Shown: piece by piece, positions 1 through 10,173 of the stretch
How the letters are laid out: every line of letters begins with the position of its first letter
Numbering within the stretch: position 1 is the first letter of the stretch
Virus record (IMG/VR): IMGVR_UViG_3300035665_000019
DNA length: 64,000 nucleotides
DNA from: an uncultured virus (IMG/VR IMGVR_UViG_3300035665_000019)
Lineage: Duplodnaviria > Heunggongvirae > Uroviricota > Caudoviricetes
Reading direction: 5' to 3' (one strand)
The notes under the pieces: generated by a model
The model's input: the letters and a program-made list of their open reading frames with translations, nothing else
Database searches by the model: none
Told to the model about the DNA's origin: nothing
Translations under genes and position numbers: made by a program

Positions 1-2229
1 TCCTTTTATGGTTCTTACTTGACTTGGTGGAGAGGAGTACTGATCGGTAAATAATATATCAAAATATTCTCCATTTCCAAAAAAAACATTTCTTTCAAGA
101 TTATATTTTTGCTGGAACTTTTGAGTTATTCCATAAGCATCATATATAGCATTTACAGCTTGATTATAAAATTCTGTATCTAAATTACCATAATCCATAA
201 AAGAAAGTATATGTATATCGTGTATGATACTTTTATCCTCGTTGCCATTCTCATCGATATATGATAATCTTAAACTCTCTCTTTCTCCATCTTCAAATTC
301 GGCATCGTCAGGAACCTTAAGTCTAGTATAAATATTAAATCCAGCAATATTAAAATTTTGTTTATACCATAGAGAAGCAGCATTATCTGGCGCCCACGGA
401 GCCCTTCCTCCACAACTACAAGGAGCATTTCTTACTGGACATAAATTATTTATTGGAATATGCATCTTTTCTTGGAAATTTAAATCGATATAACACTGAG
501 CATCCTCTACATTAAATTTAGATACAATTTTTGATTTTTGATTTTTTGGGAAATATATATATCTATTTTTAGTACTTTTTCTAAATAGTTCTGTAACCAA
601 GTCCTTTTTTGTCGCCACAATTCTACCATTATCAAATGTTAAATTTGAATGATTTTCCATAGCAAAAGCAAATGGTTTAACTTCATTTTTTAGAATTTTT
701 TGTTCGGAGCTTTTGTCTTTTCCTAATAATTCTGGTATTTCACTACCAGCAATTGATTCTATTGTCATTTTACCAAATAAATTTTCTAAATTACTTTTTA
801 AATTTGTTAAATTAGCTACTGAATATAAATCAAATAAATCTAGACCATTAAAATCTGGATTAGCATATAAATTGTGAGTTATTCCTTCGTCTACTGGACT
901 AGTAGATAAAAATTTACATAAATTCTTGGCTGCTATATATCTATTATGTCCTTTTTCGAAAAAATCAGGATCTGATCTCATTCCATAAGCAGAAGTTATT
1001 CTTTGTCTTTCTTCTCCTGGTAATAAATTAGCATTAATTCTATCAACTTCAAATATTTTTGCAAGAGTATTGTCCGTGGTTGCAATATTAAAAAGACTAT
1101 TATATGATGCTATGTATCTATTATAATCATTGGTATTAATTTTACATTTTGGAAAAGAGTATGAACCAAACTCTCCGTCTTTTCTATCTATATAATCTTG
1201 TTTATCAAACTCGCTATTGAATGATACAAAAAAATCATCATATGGAATAAATATATCTAGTCCAGGAATAAATCTTTTTTTACCTAAACATATCCATTCA
1301 GCATTATTTTTTACTTCATATATATATTCGTCATATATTTCGAAATGTGGATTTGTTTTTTCTTTTATAATGACTCTATCTCCGTCCACTAATCCTGAGT
1401 GAAGACCATATCTAACGACATTCGTAACTTCCTCTCCGTCTTCTGGTTCTGAATATGCATGGTCTATAAGCTGAGCTTTATACCTTTCGTTATTAAAATT
1501 AAATGCTTTTAAAATAACATCTGTCACTGTTTGTTCTGGAGTAACAATAGTAAATGTTTGTTTAACTTTATTTTCTCTATCCGTCTCATACCATCTATAC
1601 CAGAACATTAAGCCTAAAACAGAAGCTTCTACAACACTATCTTTTGGTATAGAAAAATCTATATTGAAGGTAGCCCCATCGCTTAATGTCCAGCTCTTTA
1701 AGATTGGTCTATTTATCGTAATAAATTGTTCTAATTTAAGACCGGCTTCATAAACATTATCTTGTCCTAAGTCTTTTCTAGTTATCACTGTGTTTCTGTT
1801 ATTAGCGTTTGCATGGTCTATATATAAAAATGCTGGTCTCCATATACCGCTTATCTCTGGTCTAAATGGAGATACATAATCTTCTATGCGATGATTTATA
1901 ACAATATCATTTTCTGATATAGAAGACATATCCAAGTCATAATCAAAAGTTGTGTTATATATATCACAAGAATTTGGACCATTAAACATTTTAGATTCAT
2001 TTTGTATTCCTATTTCATTAAATCTAAATGTATATGGCAATGCGCTGGTTAAAGGTGCTGGCGCTGGCCTTGGCACAAACGGCCTAGGCCTCAATTGTTC
2101 TGTTGGAAGTATGTAAGTATTATATAATTCAAAATCATAAGGAGGATATGATTTTAAAATTAAAGCTAATGCCTCTCTAAAAAGAGTAGAGGCTTGGTCT
2201 GAAGCTTGTTGTGACGCAAGACTGCCCAT
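1..2229 (-). CDS. Large hypothetical (probably virion/tail-tip) protein, partial; appears to run off the left edge
   Basis: ATG at 2229-2227, 2 nt after the stop of the upstream gene. My translation begins MGSLASQQASDQASTLFREALALILKSYPPYDFELYN and is still open at position 1 (...DILFTDQYSSPPSQVRTIKG). I read both ends, not every codon between. Its absence from the ORF track fits a frame with no stop in the window. Confidence 0.75.
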   Translation of the reverse strand, partial: MGSLASQQASDQASTLFREALALILKSYPPYDFELYNTYILPTEQLRPRPFVPRPAPAPLTSALPYTFRFNEIGIQNESKMFNGPNSCDIYNTTFDYDLDMSSISENDIVINHRIEDYVSPFRPEISGIWRPAFLYIDHANANNRNTVITRKDLGQDNVYEAGLKLEQFITINRPILKSWTLSDGATFNIDFSIPKDSVVEASVLGLMFWYRWYETDRENKVKQTFTIVTPEQTVTDVILKAFNFNNERYKAQLIDHAYSEPEDGEEVTNVVRYGLHSGLVDGDRVIIKEKTNPHFEIYDEYIYEVKNNAEWICLGKKRFIPGLDIFIPYDDFFVSFNSEFDKQDYIDRKDGEFGSYSFPKCKINTNDYNRYIASYNSLFNIATTDNTLAKIFEVDRINANLLPGEERQRITSAYGMRSDPDFFEKGHNRYIAAKNLCKFLSTSPVDEGITHNLYANPDFNGLDLFDLYSVANLTNLKSNLENLFGKMTIESIAGSEIPELLGKDKSSEQKILKNEVKPFAFAMENHSNLTFDNGRIVATKKDLVTELFRKSTKNRYIYFPKNQKSKIVSKFNVEDAQCYIDLNFQEKMHIPINNLCPVRNAPCSCGGRAPWAPDNAASLWYKQNFNIAGFNIYTRLKVPDDAEFEDGERESLRLSYIDENGNEDKSIIHDIHILSFMDYGNLDTEFYNQAVNAIYDAYGITQKFQQKYNLERNVFFGNGEYFDILFTDQYSSPPSQVRTIKG

Positions 2230-2231
2230 AG

Positions 2232-2621
2232 TCAAAATCTCTCATCTAGATATCTAATTAATAATCCATATGCTTTATATAATTCATTAGTAATAAAAAC
2301 TTGTAAATTATCATAAAAAATATTTGCTGTTTTTACATTTGTCTTTCCCTCAATATCAGAAATATGAGATAATATTGATATCTTTTTTTTATACTCTGAT
2401 CTATATTGCTCCAAAAGATTCAATAACTCTCTATTTAGATCGTCTGCCTGAACTAAATCTATATTATTGGCTGTTTTTCTAGTAGCAATATAATTTATGA
2501 GTTTATTTTTCATATCAAAAAATATATTATCCATATGATCTAAAATTATTTTAAAATGATAATAATCATTAAGATTACTTATTTGGTTATAGTCTATAGA
2601 CTCAAGTTCCCACGGATCCAT
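2232..2621 (-). CDS. Hypothetical helical protein (~129 aa)
   Basis: The ORF track gives 2232..2651. The ATG at 2621 (MDPWELE) overlaps the upstream TAA as TAATG, so it is the more likely start. Confidence 0.7.
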   Translation of the reverse strand: MDPWELESIDYNQISNLNDYYHFKIILDHMDNIFFDMKNKLINYIATRKTANNIDLVQADDLNRELLNLLEQYRSEYKKKISILSHISDIEGKTNVKTANIFYDNLQVFITNELYKAYGLLIRYLDERF

Positions 2622-5600
2622 TATTGACCTCCTATGGACATTAAATTCCAAGATCCTTCCATATAAATGAATAGTGCTTTGTGATTTGGTTTTATTTCTA
2701 TGCCAAGATTATTAGCAAATTTTGTAGTAATTTTTGCTACTTGCTGAACTATTCCATTATTTGGTGCCGCATATGAGTTATATATTGTGGCAGTATTTCC
2801 TTGTTGTAGAACTCCAGAAGCAATGATGTTGGGCTTGCTAACTGGATCATAAAATCCTGTTTCTGAATTATATCTACAATATAATTTAGCTCCTCTTGGT
2901 GCCGTATATCCCGCATAGTCTTTTACAAATACCACTCTTCTTAATCCTGATGGCAATGGATCTTTAGAAACTTCTGTACTATCTATAAATCCTCTGGCTG
3001 GATATGTAGTTTTAGAATTTCTTTCTAATACCATATCTTCTTCAAGCGTAACATAGACATTTTTATACGGCTGTGGCACAGTCCATACGCTTCTATCTTC
3101 ATCCCATCTCAAATCTATAGGTCCAACTGGCCATAGATTAGGCTGTTGACCCCATTCATTAGCAAAAGACATCTCTTTGTATGGAGCACTCCATGTTGAT
3201 TTGGCTTCGTCCCACACTTGATTTTTCCCTATAACTATTGATCCGCAATCACCATCCTCAGGATTTGCACTACCAAATGTATTTAAATCTTTTGTTCTTA
3301 ATGGTCTTCCTTCAGTATCTATATAGTCTGGGTGTGGTTCTCCAGAAGCATTTGGTACTGGATATCCTTCTGTATCGTAACCCCAAGCATGTAATACAAG
3401 CGGTCCTCTAAGACTAAAAAACCTTTGGTTAAGTAGCTCATATTTTGGATTCTGTAAATTAATCACATGCTTCAAATGTCTATGAAACTCATAATCTAAA
3501 TTACTAAAGTCTTTTGCTATATAATTTCCTGTAAATGCCGTATCATCTATAAATGTACCAGCTTGAGGATCATATCTTTTTAATTTTTTATTAGCATTAC
3601 TGGATTTATTAGACATAATTTCGCTATTAACAATATTCTCTGTAATTCTTAATGAATTTTTAGGAGGAATATAGCCTCTACCTACTATGTCTATGCTATG
3701 CCCGCTCATATCTCCGCTAGATGCATTAGAATTCCTAAACTCCCCAGTGGCTACTATAATAGGATTAAGATTAAATAAGTTTACAGTTTTTTTACCAAAT
3801 TCTTCCAAAAACTTTTTTGGATTTTGTATTAAGGCCTTATCTGTAACATATTCATAAACCATTACTTCGGCTGATTGATTAACTGGGTCTCTTACCGCAA
3901 GTTTTATTCCAGAAGCTAGTATAAAAGGAGGTAAATTCTCTCTTATCGAAGGAGACCTCTTTGATCCCGATCTATCTTCACAATAATCGCAATAATATTT
4001 TGTTGCGCTATCATTTTGTTGAGTTAGGGCATCTTTTGTATATACCTTTGTTCCATTACAAAATGGACAAAATCTTCTATCATATTTAATATAGTGTTTG
4101 GTTGATGTAAATGGAGTAGGATAAAATGATACTGGGGAAAATATACCATCAAGACTCATAAATGATTTCGTAGCATATCCTGTATCAAGTTCTCTATTCA
4201 TTTCTTTAGGTTCATATAAACCAACACGAGATCTATGCATAGACAATATGCCGGTAGGACCAGAGGCTCCTAGAGCAGCATCTTGCGTAGAAAGTCTATT
4301 TGTTACAAAGTTTGCATAGTGATTAAATGACCCAACCAAAACTTCTGTAGGACTTGATGAAGAAGTTTTCCTCATCTCATGCCTATATAGCAGATCTCTA
4401 AGAGTATTATTAAAATTTTGTTCTGTAAGTTTACGATTCCTATGATACATCATATTTGTAAATTTACTAGATTCTTTTTTAACTTTTCTACTTTCTTCTG
4501 CTAGTTTTTTGAACCTGTCTGCATTTTCTTTATTGTATAAGCTTAGTCTTGATGTATATGTTCTTAATGTGTATGTTGTCTCACCCTTACCATTACTTAG
4601 TTGAACAGACATGCTTGTTACATTGCTAGAAAGCGCTAGTGGTGCCACTCTACCATTTTTATTAATTCCTAAAGCACCACCACCACCGGCTCGATTATGA
4701 TAAATATCATTATTTAATAATGTACTTCCTCCTAGTCTAAATTCATCTCCTAAACTAAATGCTGGTAATCCAGGTATGGTAATTTGTCCAGTTTCTAAAG
4801 ATAATTGATAGCTTAGATCTTCATTTATAATTTTATCAACATAATTATCCAACATATAAACGCCATTAAAAGTCCAAGGATTTAAATCTGTGTCAACTTT
4901 GACTTTTGTATTACAGATCATATTCTCTATAGCTATGTTTTGTTTTGCGTCATCGAGAAGATATGGAAATATTTGTTTTTTTTCTTTTATTGGATAGTTT
5001 GTCCAAGGGCCGTATACAAGCTGATTACTAACTATCGGGACCGCAGCAAAATGAGGCATCGCAGCTTTGTGGGATATGTTTATGTTTCTACTATTCCATA
5101 AAGATGCTTCTATTTTTTGTTCTGGACTCATTTTACTTGGCATTATTGCCTGACCAATAGGATCTGTTAATGTAGGATCATTAGCGCTCCTTTTTTTATT
5201 TTTTGTTAGAGTCTCATTTGCGCTAGTTTTATATAAAACATATATAGTGCTAAATAATTTAGCAAAAACATCCCTATATGGCCTAAAGTCATATGGGGTT
5301 CCTTGTCCATGATATGTTCTTTTAAATGGAGGAAGGTGCCTCGCTAAAGTGGCATTGCCAATGAAAGTACCACTCGTTAACCTAGATAATATTGTATAGT
5401 CTTCGCTAGCTATTAATGGAACCAATTTAGATTTTGGATTTTGGCTGTGATCAGAACCTAAAGCACTAGGATTATTAACATAAACTTGATTTGGTAGAGT
5501 CAATATCGCTCTTGGATCAAGGTAATTAAATGGATCTCCAAAAACAAAGTCATCTTCAGCTCCGCTTTTTACATATAATTTTTTTTGCCTAGGAAACCCA

Positions 5601-6187
5601 TCGGCATTCAGTCCAGCTAAATTAAATGTTCCTAATGGATCAGTAGGCTCTCCAAGAACAAAGCCTTCAGTTTTATCAGGATTCGATGATGAGTCTGGAA
5701 TAGTCTCAGTAGTTGATCCAATTGCGAAATAATTATCATTTCCTGGTCCAAAATTTGTACCACCAGGATATGGCCCATAACTATCAAAATAATTTTTATT
5801 GATTCTACCAATATGAAGATAATGATCTTTAGCATCAACATTATGCTGTAAACACGGATAGAAAAAATCTGCTGGTGGACAAGATATGCAATTATTATTT
5901 GCTTCTGGCGTTGGAGGATTGCCGCTAGTTGAAGGAAGAATTAAGCCCAAACAGGCTGCTAAATCCGCGCCATAGTTAACTTGAGCAGGCTGAGGCGGGG
6001 ATGATTGTTTAGTTGATGAATCTTGGGGAGGTGGACTTCCAGCAAAAACAGCTACGGCAGTGTTCCATGCTGCCCCCATCCAATCAATAAAACTTCCTGT
6101 AAAACCTCCACCGCCGCTACCTCCATCTCCACCGCCGCTGTTATCGTCTTCTTGTATATCGTATTCATTATTTTGTATCATATTCAT
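2621..6187 (-). CDS. Putative tail-tip/baseplate-hub-associated protein, 1188 aa, with a CxxC...CxxC zinc-finger-like motif
   Basis: Long ORF coupled by TAATG overlaps on both sides. Contains CPFC (~4058-4070) and CDYC (~3979-3991). The segment ETGQITIPGLPAFSLGD...VTSMSVQLSNGKGETTYTLRT resembles the C-terminal barrel of tail hub proteins (inference). Confidence 0.55.
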   Translation of the reverse strand: MNMIQNNEYDIQEDDNSGGGDGGSGGGGFTGSFIDWMGAAWNTAVAVFAGSPPPQDSSTKQSSPPQPAQVNYGADLAACLGLILPSTSGNPPTPEANNNCISCPPADFFYPCLQHNVDAKDHYLHIGRINKNYFDSYGPYPGGTNFGPGNDNYFAIGSTTETIPDSSSNPDKTEGFVLGEPTDPLGTFNLAGLNADGFPRQKKLYVKSGAEDDFVFGDPFNYLDPRAILTLPNQVYVNNPSALGSDHSQNPKSKLVPLIASEDYTILSRLTSGTFIGNATLARHLPPFKRTYHGQGTPYDFRPYRDVFAKLFSTIYVLYKTSANETLTKNKKRSANDPTLTDPIGQAIMPSKMSPEQKIEASLWNSRNINISHKAAMPHFAAVPIVSNQLVYGPWTNYPIKEKKQIFPYLLDDAKQNIAIENMICNTKVKVDTDLNPWTFNGVYMLDNYVDKIINEDLSYQLSLETGQITIPGLPAFSLGDEFRLGGSTLLNNDIYHNRAGGGGALGINKNGRVAPLALSSNVTSMSVQLSNGKGETTYTLRTYTSRLSLYNKENADRFKKLAEESRKVKKESSKFTNMMYHRNRKLTEQNFNNTLRDLLYRHEMRKTSSSSPTEVLVGSFNHYANFVTNRLSTQDAALGASGPTGILSMHRSRVGLYEPKEMNRELDTGYATKSFMSLDGIFSPVSFYPTPFTSTKHYIKYDRRFCPFCNGTKVYTKDALTQQNDSATKYYCDYCEDRSGSKRSPSIRENLPPFILASGIKLAVRDPVNQSAEVMVYEYVTDKALIQNPKKFLEEFGKKTVNLFNLNPIIVATGEFRNSNASSGDMSGHSIDIVGRGYIPPKNSLRITENIVNSEIMSNKSSNANKKLKRYDPQAGTFIDDTAFTGNYIAKDFSNLDYEFHRHLKHVINLQNPKYELLNQRFFSLRGPLVLHAWGYDTEGYPVPNASGEPHPDYIDTEGRPLRTKDLNTFGSANPEDGDCGSIVIGKNQVWDEAKSTWSAPYKEMSFANEWGQQPNLWPVGPIDLRWDEDRSVWTVPQPYKNVYVTLEEDMVLERNSKTTYPARGFIDSTEVSKDPLPSGLRRVVFVKDYAGYTAPRGAKLYCRYNSETGFYDPVSKPNIIASGVLQQGNTATIYNSYAAPNNGIVQQVAKITTKFANNLGIEIKPNHKALFIYMEGSWNLMSIGGQ

Positions 6188-9100
6188 TAATCTCCAACAT
6201 TTGGACTTCTGCCAGGATCTGTTTGCTCTGCTTCTTCTGTTTCTCCTTCTGCGGATCCAGTATCTCCTTGATTATCTCCATTATTAGTATCCCCATCACC
6301 ACCTCCATCCCCACAACCACCACCATTAAAACTACTATATTTAGTTTTTCTATCTGATGATAAAATACCTGCGCGTTTTACAAGATCATAAAAATAAAAT
6401 TTGCCACCTTCTCTTGCGTATGTTTCTGCATTTTTCTTCACGTCCAAACATACAGCATAAGATTCCCAATCAAAATGATCATCTGCCAAGAATCCTAATA
6501 TCGGCTGAATGAGACCATTATCATCCTTAAAAATATACGATGTTGAAGAGCCTATTATTATGCTATCATCGATACTATTTCCATATTCTTCCCAAGCTCC
6601 TTCTGGCGAAACCTCATAATTTGAATATAATTTACCGCCACCAATAGTTAATACAAAATTATCACCCAAAGATAAAAATCCATTAGGAGTTATTGCATAG
6701 TCCATATCTCTGTATGTCATAACAGCAGGCATTCTTATCATATACTTTTTACCATAATATTGCTGTGCTATATCTCTAAAAAATCCATGTAAAATTTCTA
6801 GATCAGCAACCACCTTAGCTGCTAATCCTGCTTTTGTATTAACAGGAGCATCAGCACTAGTTGGTTGAGAACTAGTTTTTAAATTTGCATTATCGTGATT
6901 TATATCAAAGATAGCAGCAAAAATTTTACAAGCATCCCAATCGTTATCACTTAATAATTCGTACTGAGGAGACTCAGATGCTCTTGGCGGCGGAAGACCA
7001 ATACCAGCTGATGTACCATCTGTTCTTCCTGGTCCATTTATATCTTCTGGTGGTTGTCTTCTTCTGTTAGGATCTTGGGCTGCTGGTGGCGGAGGAGGAG
7101 TTGGTGGCGGAGGTATTACTCTGTTTCCACACAAACATTCATGTAGCATAAGCACAATGTCTGGTTTGAACATTTTTCCACTTAAATACGCTATCCATGA
7201 TTCATAACCATCAAGAGCTGCTCTAAATTCTGATTCAGTTACTGTGAATTGGAATCCATTATATCTTCCTCTTAAACAATTGTAAAATGATGTTATTGGT
7301 AGTTCTTTAACATTAAATACTACAACAAATTGATTTGTCCATTTATCCAAATAAACTGGTCTTGGTCTTTTTACAACACTTTTTAAATCAAAGTTTGCAG
7401 CATCATTGTAAAAATTTGTATAGCCAAAATATGGACATATAACATTAAGACTCATTGGATGAAATCTGGTACCTAAAGCAGTAGGATTAACAATAGCTAT
7501 TCCTAATATCTGCTGTGCTATAGCAGTATTGAGTGCTATTCCACAATTATATAGAGTATTTATAACTTGTTTTCCTAATTCCCACGCTCTGGATATTATT
7601 GTTTGAGCAAGTGTCCAAATATTACCTTCTGGATTGGTTGTATTAGTAACTTTTCCTGTGGCATCTTGAGCGGTATATTGTTGATTGTCGGAATTATTTC
7701 CACCAGTTATATTGGAGGTTTTGGGTGGACACGGAGTGTCTTTAGCTGGGAAACACGCTGTAGTATCTGCTTCGTATCCTCCAGTATACAAACAAGGATA
7801 ACATGGAGTAGGGTTGAATTTTTGATTTTGTTTAGGCATTGGTCCTGGTGGAGCTGCATTCATTATCCTAAAAACAGGATTACCAGTTGATGGTATATTT
7901 AATATATTAAGTTTTTCATAATTTCCTACCGCAGTAAATGCTCCAACATGAGCATATCCAGCATCATTTTGATTAAAATCCGTTTTTATTATTTCATTTA
8001 TTCTTGTTGTCTTCAGACTAGGTTTTTGTCTTTCCTGTATTATAGCTGCTGATTCTCTTGTTGACCATTTTGCTGGACCTCTATACTTATTTCTTTCTTC
8101 GAATTTATTATAATAGTCTTCATAATGAACAAATGAATTAATTGCCACATTATATAAATAATTATTTGTTCTAAATGGCACCATGCAATTTTTGACTTGA
8201 TATAGTCTTCGTTGTTTGTCTCCTATAATTAATGCTCTTGGTGTAGCTTCGCTATATTCTACTCCTAAATTTAGAGAAGATATTGGAACACCAGCTCTGT
8301 GTATGATATTAATATAGTCTTTAACAGCAGTATTTGAAGGTTGTTGTCTTCTTGATACTGTTCTTAATTTAATAACTTTTCTAAATTTACCAGCAATTTT
8401 AACATATAGCAATTCCCAAAAATACTCATAGCCTTCGTTCGCACAAATATTGCCTACTAGTTGATTTATGGATGTGACACTATCTCCATTAACTTGTGTT
8501 CTAATTTGTTGCGGAGGAATGGGTAGCTCTAAAAGATCAAGAAAATATACTTGTCTTGCTATACCATCAGAAGTAAAATCAGGTGATATTAATCCAAAAT
8601 CCCATATTTTGTAATTACCTCTGGTGCTTAACGCTCCGTCTGTGGTAAAATCTCCTGCATGAGATAGTCTTTTAGCAGCATCGTCATAAGCTTCAACATT
8701 ATCGCTAAAAGTTCCCACAGGAGGACATGTTCCTTGATTTGCTTTCTTAGGATCAGGAGCACATGCAGATGTTCTATCCAAACTGGCAGCACTTAGCTGT
8801 GGCATAGTATAAGTCATGTCATCAACCATAGGACACTTTGTAAAATCAAATATTTCATATGGTAATCCTGGCTGGATTCGACTGTATATGCTCTGAGGAG
8901 TTCGGCTAATTAAACATCCATAAGGATTAAACATATTATCACTCTCTAGTCCTGTTCTGGTTCCTCCTCCAAAGTTTTGAGGACGACCCAGCAAGTAGTT
9001 AAGAGCAGCAATAATATTTACTGTTGGTATGCCATTTTCTGTTAAATTCGCCCCTCCAAAACCTCCAACAGACAAAGATTCTAAAAATCCATAAATGTTA

Positions 9101-10173
9101 ATAACATTAGGCATATTTCCTTCTGATAGCTTTCCCACAAAACTATTATATGGTATTTTTGCAGGATCCATTATATGGTTGTGTGGGCCACTAACTTGTT
9201 GCAGACCGTCGTTGGTCATTCCTCCAGCTTTATTAAAAATACTACCATGATAGTGACTTAATATTAATTGAGCATTTTCAACTATGGTGCTTGGGCCTTC
9301 AATCTCAACAATATATTGTCTATTACTATTTTGATCTCCTGACATTTTCCATGATTTTACTATGCCATTAAATACAAAATCATCAACATGAAAATGTACC
9401 GGACATCCTATTATATCTACTGGTGTTCCTAAAAATACATCAGGATCGGTTGGGAGCATTCCTACAAAAGGATCTTTACCTCTTTGGAACGAACCATTCA
9501 TTTTGAATCTGTTTCTGTCTGCTATGAATCCGGGATCAGGACCGGTCCAATATTTTTGTACTATATCTGTTCCATTAAAAAAATAAAAGATTTTTCCAGG
9601 AATGATGGGATTTCCATTTATATCTAAAAAACTTAATATTCTGTTTTTATGAGATGTTGCGCTTTCTCCTATGAGTGGTCTCATAACATTATAATAATGA
9701 TTATCGACTGACCATGCACCTTGAGCAGCAGCTTTGTAGGTGGTTCCCTGACTAGGTCTGTCTAATAGTGCTTCATAAGATAAACTATAATGAGGACTTC
9801 TATCTTCTGCTAGTGTTACTGTTAATTGTGAGGATTGTGCTCCCCATCCTAAATTAACATTAAAATTAACAACACTACATCCTAGAAATAATGTTTGAGG
9901 ATACGGACCAAACGCTCTAAATGGTAATGCTGCCTGAGTATCAACATCTCCCTTGGTAACTTGACCCATATCAGCTAAAGGAACAGCAGTATTAGTATTG
10001 GTTACTGTTGGTGTTGCTGCTGGATATCCTCCAGCTGGCATCTTATGACTCTTAGTCATATTTTGATTTGATGGAGTTGGTGGAGGAGTATTATTTTGCT
10101 GACTAGGAGTAGGAGCTATAACTGGTCCATATATTTTGGACACATTATTTGGCGTACAATCAGGATTAGGCAT
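6187..10173 (-). CDS. Putative tail hub/Tal-like protein, 1328 aa
   Basis: Long ORF. The segments FLGCSVVNFNVNLGWGAQSSQLTVTLAED and FVFNGIVKSWK resemble the N-terminal barrel of phage hub proteins. Lies in the tail module. Confidence 0.5.
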   Translation of the reverse strand: MPNPDCTPNNVSKIYGPVIAPTPSQQNNTPPPTPSNQNMTKSHKMPAGGYPAATPTVTNTNTAVPLADMGQVTKGDVDTQAALPFRAFGPYPQTLFLGCSVVNFNVNLGWGAQSSQLTVTLAEDRSPHYSLSYEALLDRPSQGTTYKAAAQGAWSVDNHYYNVMRPLIGESATSHKNRILSFLDINGNPIIPGKIFYFFNGTDIVQKYWTGPDPGFIADRNRFKMNGSFQRGKDPFVGMLPTDPDVFLGTPVDIIGCPVHFHVDDFVFNGIVKSWKMSGDQNSNRQYIVEIEGPSTIVENAQLILSHYHGSIFNKAGGMTNDGLQQVSGPHNHIMDPAKIPYNSFVGKLSEGNMPNVINIYGFLESLSVGGFGGANLTENGIPTVNIIAALNYLLGRPQNFGGGTRTGLESDNMFNPYGCLISRTPQSIYSRIQPGLPYEIFDFTKCPMVDDMTYTMPQLSAASLDRTSACAPDPKKANQGTCPPVGTFSDNVEAYDDAAKRLSHAGDFTTDGALSTRGNYKIWDFGLISPDFTSDGIARQVYFLDLLELPIPPQQIRTQVNGDSVTSINQLVGNICANEGYEYFWELLYVKIAGKFRKVIKLRTVSRRQQPSNTAVKDYINIIHRAGVPISSLNLGVEYSEATPRALIIGDKQRRLYQVKNCMVPFRTNNYLYNVAINSFVHYEDYYNKFEERNKYRGPAKWSTRESAAIIQERQKPSLKTTRINEIIKTDFNQNDAGYAHVGAFTAVGNYEKLNILNIPSTGNPVFRIMNAAPPGPMPKQNQKFNPTPCYPCLYTGGYEADTTACFPAKDTPCPPKTSNITGGNNSDNQQYTAQDATGKVTNTTNPEGNIWTLAQTIISRAWELGKQVINTLYNCGIALNTAIAQQILGIAIVNPTALGTRFHPMSLNVICPYFGYTNFYNDAANFDLKSVVKRPRPVYLDKWTNQFVVVFNVKELPITSFYNCLRGRYNGFQFTVTESEFRAALDGYESWIAYLSGKMFKPDIVLMLHECLCGNRVIPPPPTPPPPPAAQDPNRRRQPPEDINGPGRTDGTSAGIGLPPPRASESPQYELLSDNDWDACKIFAAIFDINHDNANLKTSSQPTSADAPVNTKAGLAAKVVADLEILHGFFRDIAQQYYGKKYMIRMPAVMTYRDMDYAITPNGFLSLGDNFVLTIGGGKLYSNYEVSPEGAWEEYGNSIDDSIIIGSSTSYIFKDDNGLIQPILGFLADDHFDWESYAVCLDVKKNAETYAREGGKFYFYDLVKRAGILSSDRKTKYSSFNGGGCGDGGGDGDTNNGDNQGDTGSAEGETEEAEQTDPGRSPNVGD

